Shown here: positions 7,993 to 17,300 of the stretch, piece after piece
Position numbering within the stretch: position 1 is the first letter of the stretch
Layout: each line of letters starts with the position of its first letter
DNA from: Schmidtea nova
Lineage: Eukaryota
Assembly: GCA_044892505.1 (NCBI GenBank)
Contig: CM097882.1
Span: forward strand, 312,790,001 to 312,854,000
Direction: 5' to 3'
DNA: 64,000 nt
Translations under genes and position numbers: made by a program
The notes under the pieces: model-generated
What the model was told of the DNA's origin: nothing
The model's input: the letters and a program-made list of their open reading frames with translations, nothing else
Databases searched by the model: none

Positions 7993-10626
7993 ATGACTCA
8001 ATCACCTGCTGCTCAGTCAACTGCTGCTGATGTGATGACTCAGTCTATTGGAAATCAGTCAACTGTGACGAAGAAATATGAATTAGAAAACATTCTCAAG
8101 TATCAAATTTCCAGTTTGCAATGTTTTCAATCGATTTTGGATTATTTTTCGCAACTAAATGGTGGAAATCTCGCTACTGCCTCAGTTCTTTCTGATGCGA
8201 ATGCAAGTCAACGGAGTTCTTTCGATCAAGGATCTAAAATTTCTCAAAACCAATCTGATAATATGCCACTTTCTTATGCTGATATTGAGACTAAATTCAC
8301 TAAATCAAAGGATTTACTGATTGTCAAGCGCCTGGATTCATTGGAGTCTCAATTTATGAATATGGCTGAAAAGTTAGATTATTTGGTTTCTTTTTTTAAT
8401 GGCTCTGTTGATGATTTATCAGATTTTCCTAAAGTAAATGAAAATAATTTAAATAATAATCCTTTCAATAAAAATAAAGTTTTTGATATCAAAGATAAAT
8501 TAATTGTAAATAATGTAGTTTTAGATAAATCAAATATTTCAGAATTTATTGAAAATAATATTGCTAAAATTCCTAATAGTTTAATTGATGTAAATAATAA
8601 AATGTGTAATTCAAATAATAAATTTCTAAATAACCCTAATAAAGAGAATGTTAAACATTTTAATAATCCCAAAGAAACATCTTCAATTGATTTGACTAAC
8701 GATAAAATTATGCCAAATGAAAACATAGAAATAATTATTAAAAATAATAAAAAATCTGTTAAAATTATAGAACCTAATAAAACAACTAAACAGAAGTATG
8801 ATAAATTTGAATTTAAAAATCTGGTTCGTATTTTAACGAAAAGGGAACGCCAGAAAATCTTGAATGCCTTCCCTGCTTTAATACAACTAATTAAAAAGAA
8901 AGAATCACAGAGTAAATATTTTGAAATTAATAAATTTCTTTCGAGCAAAGATTTTAATGTGAATCACTTGAATTTAATTAATTTTGATTATTTTTTCTAT
9001 AGAAATTGTAATCTTTGTGTATCTTTAAAATTGAACAACGCTCCTGTCATTTCATCAGCACCAAAACCTGTTGTTTTAAAAACTATTAAATTAATTGACC
9101 ATAATATCGTCAAAATAAATTCTGAAATCCCTGACTTTGTTCGAGCTCCAATGTCAATTCGAAGATTTTTATTCAATCTTTCGCACGATCTTTCAAACAC
9201 TGTTTCCATCAAGGATGAGAAACACAGGGGAAATAAAATAAATAACATTCTTACTTCAATGAAACATAAACAACAATTACCAGATTATTTAATAAAATCA
9301 AACATTAAATACGAAAATGGTGAGTTCTTATTATTAGATTTGACTAACGATAAAATCAAATTGAACGACGATAATAACTTGATAAAATCAAATTTTTCTG
9401 AACTTACTAGAAGTCAGATTAAAAATCTTTACTATTCTTATCCTTCTCTTAAGGAAGTTTGTTTCGTTGAAAATCTTGAAACAAGATCATCATCCGTTAG
9501 TAAAATTATCGAATCTTTAAAGTTAATTAATGAATTTCCAAAAAATATCATTTTTAAAGAGGGTAAATTTTATCAGTCTGATAAAAGAACAATCTCACCT
9601 AGTAGTTCTCCTGACATAATGTTCAACCTTGGTCTTTTTAATTTGGCTAGTATGAGTAGAAAAGATTGTGAATTAAAATCCATTTTAGAGAAGACTGGTT
9701 GTGACTTTAAAATAGTTGAAATAATATTCTACCTCAACTATTTAGGCTTGACTCAATCTTTAGAATTTTGCAAAAATCAAACTTATTCTGATTATGTGAG
9801 GAATTACGTCTGTAATTGCTGCTTGATAAACTCACTCTGTAGTATTGCTGATGTTGATTCGCTTTCATCTGAAGATTTTGAGGGTTGGGCGACCGAAATT
9901 GTTCAGAAAATCCCAGTTTCTTCCTATTACTTCAATAGCTGCCAGGAAAAGCTTTTAAAGCTGAAGCAATGGGACATTTCAACTAAAATCAAAAGAATCC
10001 ATAACGTTATTTCACCTGAAATAATATCTTATTTAAATAACTTTCTTGACTCTGTAGACGTAAAATTTCCATCTAAGTCTCAACAACATAATATTCTAAT
10101 TAAATTAATGAAAGCTATCAATGACATTAAAATTTTTGATGACATACACGGAAATAAAGCAAAAAGAATTGTTTACTTTTTGCTAAGAGATGCCAAGAAA
10201 TATTTGAATAAAAATCAACGATTCAGATTATTTGAATCGAGCAATAAATATTGCACTTTAGAGATGGAGAATATAATTTCAGTAATAATTGAGAACCTTA
10301 CCAAAGTTACTGGCCATGAAGTTACTACTCCTGAAATCACAGTTGAAGAAACGCCAATTGAAATAACTTGTGATCCTGAACCTATCGTCTTGATTAAGGA
10401 AATAAACTGTTTAAAATGTAACAATATCATCGAAAAATGCATTCTTGTTAGAGATGGAACAAACGTCAACATCTGTGAAAGCTGTCTATTTGACGCAATT
10501 ACCTTTGAAAAGCCGATTCCTGAAGCTACTAATTCGGATATCGAAGAAAATATAGAAACAAATTGTAAGAAATCTTGTCCAAGACCTAGAAAAACAGACA
10601 AGAAAACATCAACCAAAGCAAAATGA
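7993..10626 (+). CDS. ORF1 protein (877 aa): predicted N-terminal coiled-coil segment, Asn/Lys-rich low-complexity region, C-terminal C4 zinc finger, basic tail
   Basis: ATG start, intact in all copies; CLKC-x18-CESC at 10408-10485; no recognisable family otherwise. Confidence 0.88.
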   Translation: MTQSPAAQSTAADVMTQSIGNQSTVTKKYELENILKYQISSLQCFQSILDYFSQLNGGNLATASVLSDANASQRSSFDQGSKISQNQSDNMPLSYADIETKFTKSKDLLIVKRLDSLESQFMNMAEKLDYLVSFFNGSVDDLSDFPKVNENNLNNNPFNKNKVFDIKDKLIVNNVVLDKSNISEFIENNIAKIPNSLIDVNNKMCNSNNKFLNNPNKENVKHFNNPKETSSIDLTNDKIMPNENIEIIIKNNKKSVKIIEPNKTTKQKYDKFEFKNLVRILTKRERQKILNAFPALIQLIKKKESQSKYFEINKFLSSKDFNVNHLNLINFDYFFYRNCNLCVSLKLNNAPVISSAPKPVVLKTIKLIDHNIVKINSEIPDFVRAPMSIRRFLFNLSHDLSNTVSIKDEKHRGNKINNILTSMKHKQQLPDYLIKSNIKYENGEFLLLDLTNDKIKLNDDNNLIKSNFSELTRSQIKNLYYSYPSLKEVCFVENLETRSSSVSKIIESLKLINEFPKNIIFKEGKFYQSDKRTISPSSSPDIMFNLGLFNLASMSRKDCELKSILEKTGCDFKIVEIIFYLNYLGLTQSLEFCKNQTYSDYVRNYVCNCCLINSLCSIADVDSLSSEDFEGWATEIVQKIPVSSYYFNSCQEKLLKLKQWDISTKIKRIHNVISPEIISYLNNFLDSVDVKFPSKSQQHNILIKLMKAINDIKIFDDIHGNKAKRIVYFLLRDAKKYLNKNQRFRLFESSNKYCTLEMENIISVIIENLTKVTGHEVTTPEITVEETPIEITCDPEPIVLIKEINCLKCNNIIEKCILVRDGTNVNICESCLFDAITFEKPIPEATNSDIEENIETNCKKSCPRPRKTDKKTSTKAK

Positions 10627-10632
10627 AGATGT

Positions 10633-13600
10633 GTGCCTGCATCAGCTCAATCGTCTGCCATTCCCTCTAATGAGACTGATGCAGAGAGCACAACTAAAAA
10701 TAATATTTCAACTATCGACAATCGTGATCCTGAAGTGTGGTTTTCTGATAATGATATTGATTGGTATCTTGAAAACCACATTGATAATCCAATGCATGGA
10801 TATATTAAATGCTTTATAGTAAATATCATCTGTTCTAACATCACAGAAGATATTGTTGAAATTCCACCATCTATTAGCAATGCTGAAATTGTATTTTGTC
10901 CACTCAACATTAACAATTCGCACTGGATTCTTTTTGTTTATAGTAAGAAAATGTTATCTTCTTACTTTATTGACCCAATCCTTGCAAACAGACAAAAGCC
11001 AATCAATAAACAAATGGCTCAGAGAATTAACCTAAAACTGAATAGATTTTTTAATCTAAATATATCTGTGTCCCGACATCCACACAAACATCTTGAATAT
11101 CAAAATAACAGCTTTGATTGTGGCCCATTTACGTGTGCTTATGCTGTGATTATCAGTAAAGATTTGAACAGCTTTCCAAATGGGTTCATAGAGAAAATTC
11201 GTAGCAGTGTGCATGAAAATCAAAATCGTATGCAAATAACCGAATCCACCTTATTCGCTGGTACTAACTCCAAGATGGACATGACCAAAATAAATATCAA
11301 GAAAGCCCTTGCAAAAAAGAAAGTTATCACCAACACCTCAGATATGACCAAAGTATTGAACACTCAAAAACCGTGTGTGTCATCAATAATTAGTAAATAT
11401 TACGAAAGTAATTCTAAAATAACAGTCTTATCTGCTGAACTAACTTTAAACCTAATTGCACAAAATACCTCCTTCATAGCTGATAATGTCACTTTCAAGC
11501 AGTTCAAAGGAATCGATCATGTTATAAGCATCATTCCTAAATTTAACGATTGGTGTCTCTTTGTCTATTCGAATAAACTTGACAGGAGCTACATGTTCGA
11601 CTTCAATTATCGAAACATTGATGAAAGGCTAATTGAAATTGGTGAAAAGATAACTGAATATCTGAATCAATTCACTCTTGTTTCTAAAATAAAATTCACA
11701 CCTCATCATAGAATTTCTCATCCAACATTTCATTCTTACGATGATCAATATTTTGCAAGTTCTTTTATTGTATTTTTTGAGAAACTTGTCTTTGAAAGAA
11801 TACTGGACAATGATAAGGTTTATGACTCATTAAGTGCTCTAAAATATCAGTCTTGTAAAGATCTTTCTCCTAGCCTAAGTTTCATTAATGGTAAAATATC
11901 CGACAAAATTATTGAGGAATATTTTGCTAGCCTAAACTTATCGACCAAATATATTCTTCTAAACACAACAATGTGTACTGCGCTTTCAGATGATTGCACT
12001 GAATACTTGAAAGACTTTGTAAACATTGAGTGCATGATGAAGGCTACTATAATCTTTGTAATCATTTCTCCTCCAAGAGCCAACGACTTGCTCATGGTTA
12101 TTGATTACGACGCTGATGAGCACTATTTATTAAGCCCAGTCACTAATGACTTGTTCGTTATGACTGAAGGATTCTGCTATAAATTACTAATTAAAATTAA
12201 TGAGATAAGAGAGAGCACAGGACGTTCCTTGAAATCGCGTAATTGTCGACATGACGTTAAAGGTTCTGGCTTATTTAGTAGGTTATTAATCTGTGCCTTT
12301 ATTAAATATTATGCATTTGACCGATCTCTAGAAAATATCAATCTTCATGAAATTGGCAAAATTATCTACTCACTTGTGCCATTGGTTGATAAAAATGATA
12401 ATGCTGAGGAAGAAAGACGACTAAAATCAAAAGCTGTAAACTCTTTAAAACTAAATTTAAAACAGCGAATAGAAAAAGCCAATAATCTTATAATTTCACT
12501 TGAACACGCCAGTATTGATGAAATCATAAGTGGCATTCTTTCAAATATTCCTCGTCTTAAAGATTTGAACACCGATCACATTCGTACACCATATTTAGGT
12601 TCTAAAATAGAAAAAGCTAGAAAATTCAAAAATTCCACTGAGTTTCTGTCAAACATGAAAAAGACTGTGTATAGGATTTTGGGTAACAACACAGAATCAA
12701 TTGCACCTCCTTATCAGGAAATTATTGACACTTTCAGTCATCCTGATACATTACCTAGAAATTGGGAAAACATCTTAAAATTCACTAAGAGTTCTAAAAC
12801 TAGTCTTGAATTAAATCCAATGACACCTAAAGAAATCCTTTCAAGTCTTTGCAAAGCTGACAACACTTCTCCAGGTCTTGATAATGTTTGTTATAAAGAT
12901 CTTTTGTTATTAGACCCTGAATGTAAATTGCTAGCTTTTCTGTACAATAAAATCCTAAAATTAGACATTATTCCTACAAGTTGGAAATCATTTAAAACCA
13001 TACTAATCCCCAAACCAGATAAAAATGGCCAATATCATAAAATATATTCTTGGCGACCAATTGCCTTATTATCTGTCATTTACAAAGTCTTCGCTTCAGT
13101 TTTGGCAAATCGTCTAAGCTTATGGATAAGAAATAATTCCATGTTACACATTGGCCAAAAGGGTGGTTCGGAGTACGAAGGATGTATTGAACACAACTCT
13201 ATTCTTTCTGCTATCGTCGAACATTCAAAATACAGCAAGTCTTCACCTTTAACGATAGCTTGGCTAGACATCAAAGATGCCTTCGGAAGTGTTCCACATG
13301 ACTACATGTGGACACTGTTAAAACACATAAATGTTAGTGATAGGTTTGTAGGAATTTTAAAACTGCTCTATACTGATACAAGCTCGTTTTATTGTTGCAA
13401 TAAAATGCAGACACCGGATATTCCAATAAAAAAAGGAGTTAAACAAGGTTGTCCGATCTCAATGATATTGTTTGCAATAGCTATTAACCCAGTACTTGAG
13501 TCTATTAATCTATCAAACGTTAATCCTTTTACGATTGGAACATCTCCGGTACAGGTGTTGGCTTATGCGGATGATATCGCACTTATCGCGACAAATACCT

Positions 13601-15243
13601 CTGATCTGCAAATACTCATAAACGTTGCTGTAAACACCGCTAAAACAATTGGATTTGAATATCGTCCAGAAAAGTGCGCTTATATGCAAAACCCTAAAAT
13701 AGAAACTGTAAGCGAGATTTCTGTCAACAACGTTCTTATAAAAAAGATTGCAACAAATGAATTTTACCAATACTTGGGAGTACCAATAGGTGACAATAAT
13801 GATCAAAGTCCCTATGAAATTCTAAGCAAAGTAATTGAAGACACAAAGAAAATAGCAAATTCTGATCTTTACGGCTGGCAAAAACTTAAAGCGTATAAGG
13901 TCTTTCTGCATTCTCGCTTGATTTTTCCATTTAGAACTAGGGAAATCAAAACAAGTTCTTTAGCTGATTCGAGTAAAAATTCAAAATTAAATGTAAATAA
14001 TACGAGTATTTTGAGGAGTCATCTTAGAAAAATATTGCACTTGCCACACTACTCTGAGATTAGCTATTTTTATAATTCTACTGAAAACGGCGGTGCAGGC
14101 TGCATAGACTTACTTGACGAGTATCATACACAGACAATCGTGTACTTTTTCCGTTTGTTAACATCAACGTGCGAATATTCGAAAAAGATAAATACTGACT
14201 CGCTTTTATTTGTCACAAGTCCGAGACTCGGAATCAAAAATCCAGTTCTTAAACAAAGTTTAGAATGGATAAATGGAAAAGAGAGCAAGAAAAACAACAG
14301 TGGTTGCAAAACTCGATTTTATCGGTTGCGATCATCCATTGCTTACTTTTCTAAAGTTCACAACATTAAATTGTTATTTGAAACAGTGAAAGGGAATCCT
14401 TCTATCCGTATAACCACTACACTTAAGGGAACACGTATATTATTACCAACATTAAGAAAAGCCTTGTCAATGATTTTACATTCAGCTCTCCAGGATTCGT
14501 ATCTCGAGAAATGGGAGAATAGCAATCATAATAATCTGCTTGTATCTGCGATTAAACTCTGTCCACTTGTCAACAAGCTTATTTTCCGCAGTGATTTGAC
14601 AGAATTTGAATGGAGATTCGTCCATCGAGCAAGAACGAATACATTATCAATATTTGCGAAGCCATATAAAACTGGCGAAAATCGTCTTTGTCGTAGATGT
14701 AAGCTTGAAGACGAGACTTTATCACACGTTCTTCAAACTTGTAAAATGAACAAATCTTTGGCAACTAGTCGACATAACGCTTGCTTAGAAAAAATAAAAA
14801 GCGAGTTGAAAGATCCAAACTTGTTAGTTGTTGCGGATCATAAATGTTCCCTAGTACCGACATCAACTGAACGCGTTGATTTAATAATAACCAATAATGA
14901 TAAAAAGACCATATTATTGGTAGACATGAAATGCCCAATCGATTCGGTGCCCAACTTTGACTTGGCTGATAAAAAAAACATAGAAAAGTATGATAAACTA
15001 AAATCGGAAATTAAAATAGCCAAACCCGATTATAAAGTTGAGTTGTTTACCTGCATCATAGGCTCATTAGGATCCATTGAAATTAAAACACCTGATCTTT
15101 TAGTAAAAATGGGCGTAAAAGAAAATAAAGTAAAACGTCTGATGAAAGAGTGTGCAATTAGCAATATTGCGCACTCGGCCAAAATTTGGTACTTTCATAC
15201 CAATGGCTTTCTTCCAGATAATATAAGACAAACTTTTAAATAA
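10633..15243 (+). CDS. ORF2 protease/RT/RLE polyprotein, copy 2
   Basis: Same motifs as copy 1; intact 1536 codons. Confidence 0.95.
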   Translation: MPASAQSSAIPSNETDAESTTKNNISTIDNRDPEVWFSDNDIDWYLENHIDNPMHGYIKCFIVNIICSNITEDIVEIPPSISNAEIVFCPLNINNSHWILFVYSKKMLSSYFIDPILANRQKPINKQMAQRINLKLNRFFNLNISVSRHPHKHLEYQNNSFDCGPFTCAYAVIISKDLNSFPNGFIEKIRSSVHENQNRMQITESTLFAGTNSKMDMTKINIKKALAKKKVITNTSDMTKVLNTQKPCVSSIISKYYESNSKITVLSAELTLNLIAQNTSFIADNVTFKQFKGIDHVISIIPKFNDWCLFVYSNKLDRSYMFDFNYRNIDERLIEIGEKITEYLNQFTLVSKIKFTPHHRISHPTFHSYDDQYFASSFIVFFEKLVFERILDNDKVYDSLSALKYQSCKDLSPSLSFINGKISDKIIEEYFASLNLSTKYILLNTTMCTALSDDCTEYLKDFVNIECMMKATIIFVIISPPRANDLLMVIDYDADEHYLLSPVTNDLFVMTEGFCYKLLIKINEIRESTGRSLKSRNCRHDVKGSGLFSRLLICAFIKYYAFDRSLENINLHEIGKIIYSLVPLVDKNDNAEEERRLKSKAVNSLKLNLKQRIEKANNLIISLEHASIDEIISGILSNIPRLKDLNTDHIRTPYLGSKIEKARKFKNSTEFLSNMKKTVYRILGNNTESIAPPYQEIIDTFSHPDTLPRNWENILKFTKSSKTSLELNPMTPKEILSSLCKADNTSPGLDNVCYKDLLLLDPECKLLAFLYNKILKLDIIPTSWKSFKTILIPKPDKNGQYHKIYSWRPIALLSVIYKVFASVLANRLSLWIRNNSMLHIGQKGGSEYEGCIEHNSILSAIVEHSKYSKSSPLTIAWLDIKDAFGSVPHDYMWTLLKHINVSDRFVGILKLLYTDTSSFYCCNKMQTPDIPIKKGVKQGCPISMILFAIAINPVLESINLSNVNPFTIGTSPVQVLAYADDIALIATNTSDLQILINVAVNTAKTIGFEYRPEKCAYMQNPKIETVSEISVNNVLIKKIATNEFYQYLGVPIGDNNDQSPYEILSKVIEDTKKIANSDLYGWQKLKAYKVFLHSRLIFPFRTREIKTSSLADSSKNSKLNVNNTSILRSHLRKILHLPHYSEISYFYNSTENGGAGCIDLLDEYHTQTIVYFFRLLTSTCEYSKKINTDSLLFVTSPRLGIKNPVLKQSLEWINGKESKKNNSGCKTRFYRLRSSIAYFSKVHNIKLLFETVKGNPSIRITTTLKGTRILLPTLRKALSMILHSALQDSYLEKWENSNHNNLLVSAIKLCPLVNKLIFRSDLTEFEWRFVHRARTNTLSIFAKPYKTGENRLCRRCKLEDETLSHVLQTCKMNKSLATSRHNACLEKIKSELKDPNLLVVADHKCSLVPTSTERVDLIITNNDKKTILLVDMKCPIDSVPNFDLADKKNIEKYDKLKSEIKIAKPDYKVELFTCIIGSLGSIEIKTPDLLVKMGVKENKVKRLMKECAISNIAHSAKIWYFHTNGFLPDNIRQTFK

Positions 15244-15598
15244 ATAATTATATATATATATAAATATTTGCTTTTTAAACTCTGTAAATAAAAATTAAAG
15301 TAAATATTTTGTAAAGTAATTTTTGTATTAAATATCCAATCTTTTTAATCTGATAAATTGTCTTTGAGAGTTATTAAATTGGGAGACCAAGTATTCTGCA
15401 ACGTATGTCACTTATTCTAGACTTATCAACTTCAAAAGAATACAGTCGCAAAGCTGGATGACGAAATCCAAAGAACCAGAAACTTCCATTCAGATTGAAC
15501 AATTATATTTTGACTGTGATTGTTTAGGGACTAATCCATGTTGATTAGATAATCTGTAAAAAAAATATGTCAAACTTGTTATATTTAATAAATGTTTA

Positions 15599-15653
15599 TT
15601 ATCACGTCTGCCTAACACGCAGAAGGTCCCCGGTTCGATCCCGGGTCGAACCA
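15599..15653 (+). pseudogene. 3' fragment (nt 19-73) of tRNA-Val split by copy 2
   Basis: Starts at TTATCACG. Confidence 0.9.
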
Positions 15654-15833
15654 AATTTTTCTCAATTCATTATTTGACTTTTATTATATTTGCAACTCTT
15701 TTTTTAATTCATAACGCAATTTTGTTGTTGAATTCTCTACTTTGTACATAAATTTTATTCAAGTGAATTCAGTACATTTTGTCAAGGTAATTCGAAAATC
15801 AAACATGCACAACAATTGTTAGTTGAAACTGTC

Positions 15834-15906
15834 GGTTCGATGGTGTAGCGGTTATCACGTCTGCCTAACACGCAGAAGGTCCCCGGTTCGATCCCGGGTC
15901 GAACCA
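15834..15906 (+). tRNA. tRNA-Val(AAC)
   Basis: Intact cloverleaf, same sequence as 7043. Confidence 0.96.
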
Positions 15907-16086
15907 AATTTTTCTCAATTCATTATTTGACTTTTATTATATTTGCAACTCTTTTTTTAATTCATAACGCAATTTTGTTGTTGAATTCTCTACTTTGTAC
16001 ATAAATTTTATTCAAGTGAATTCAGTACATTTTGTCAAGGTAATTCGAAAATCAAACATGCACAACAATTGTTAGTTGAAACTGTC

Positions 16087-16159
16087 GGTTCGATGGTGTA
16101 GCGGTTATCACGTCTGCCTAACACGCAGAAGGTCCCCGGTTCGATCCCGGGTCGAACCA
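16087..16159 (+). tRNA. tRNA-Val(AAC)
   Basis: Intact. Confidence 0.96.
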
Positions 16160-16339
16160 AATTTTTCTCAATTCATTATTTGACTTTTATTATATTTGCA
16201 ACTCTTTTTTTAATTCATAACGCAATTTTGTTGTTGAATTCTCTACTTTGTACATAAATTTTATTCAAGTGAATTCAGTACATTTTGTCAAGGTAATTCG
16301 AAAATCAAACATGCACAACAATTGTTAGTTGAAACTGTC

Positions 16340-16412
16340 GGTTCGATGGTGTAGCGGTTATCACGTCTGCCTAACACGCAGAAGGTCCCCGGTTCGATCC
16401 CGGGTCGAACCA
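16340..16412 (+). tRNA. tRNA-Val(AAC)
   Basis: Intact. Confidence 0.96.
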
Positions 16413-16592
16413 AATTTTTCTCAATTCATTATTTGACTTTTATTATATTTGCAACTCTTTTTTTAATTCATAACGCAATTTTGTTGTTGAATTCTCTACT
16501 TTGTACATAAATTTTATTCAAGTGAATTCAGTACATTTTGTCAAGGTAATTCGAAAATCAAACATGCACAACAATTGTTAGTTGAAACTGTC

Positions 16593-16665
16593 GGTTCGAT
16601 GGTGTAGCGGTTATCACGTCTGCCTAACACGCAGAAGGTCCCCGGTTCGATCCCGGGTCGAACCA
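16593..16665 (+). tRNA. tRNA-Val(AAC)
   Basis: Intact. Confidence 0.96.
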
Positions 16666-16845
16666 AATTTTTCTCAATTCATTATTTGACTTTTATTATA
16701 TTTGCAACTCTTTTTTTAATTCATAACGCAATTTTGTTGTTGAATTCTCTACTTTGTACATAAATTTTATTCAAGTGAATTCAGTACATTTTGTCAAGGT
16801 AATTCGAAAATCAAACATGCACAACAATTGTTAGTTGAAACTGTC

Positions 16846-16918
16846 GGTTCGATGGTGTAGCGGTTATCACGTCTGCCTAACACGCAGAAGGTCCCCGGTT
16901 CGATCCCGGGTCGAACCA
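16846..16918 (+). tRNA. tRNA-Val(AAC)
   Basis: Intact. Confidence 0.96.
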
Positions 16919-17098
16919 AATTTTTCTCAATTCATTATTTGACTTTTATTATATTTGCAACTCTTTTTTTAATTCATAACGCAATTTTGTTGTTGAATTC
17001 TCTACTTTGTACATAAATTTTATTCAAGTGAATTCAGTACATTTTGTCAAGGTAATTCGAAAATCAAACATGCACAACAATTGTTAGTTGAAACTGTC

Positions 17099-17171
17099 GG
17101 TTCGATGGTGTAGCGGTTATCACGTCTGCCTAACACGCAGAAGGTCCCCGGTTCGATCCCGGGTCGAACCA
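17099..17171 (+). tRNA. tRNA-Val(AAC)
   Basis: Intact. Confidence 0.96.
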
Positions 17172-17300
17172 AATTTTTCTCAATTCATTATTTGACTTTT
17201 ATTATATTTGCAACTCTTTTTTTAATTCATAACGCAATTTTGTTGTTGAATTCTCTACTTTGTACATAAATTTTATTCAAGTGAATTCTTTCAAGGTTCG

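Larger units (their letters stand above)
7981..15598 (+). mobile_element. Retrotransposon copy 2 (full length, 5' junction class A)
   Basis: Begins TTTCAAGGTTCG-ATG after spacer GAATTC; ends ATGTTTA before tRNA nt 19. Confidence 0.93.
15599..17288 (+). repeat. tRNA-Val tandem array segment 2
   Basis: One 3' fragment plus six intact genes at 253-bp spacing. Confidence 0.95.

Noticed and set aside
7994-8042. Two TGACTCA (AP-1) sites as internal promoter
   Set aside because: Explained by the M-T-Q coding duplication; the same heptamer occurs elsewhere in the ORFs; no independent support
8379-8948. 189-aa minus-strand ORF (and the other 60-133 aa antisense ORFs repeated in each copy)
   Set aside because: Hydrophobic shadow of the Asn/Lys-rich ORF1 strand; repeated only because the element is repeated; truncated to 115 aa in copy 8; no motifs
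15599-17288. 253-bp repeats as CRISPR array or LTRs
   Set aside because: Spacers are identical, each repeat folds as a eukaryotic tRNA, there are no cas genes, and the element has TPRT-type junctions without terminal repeats
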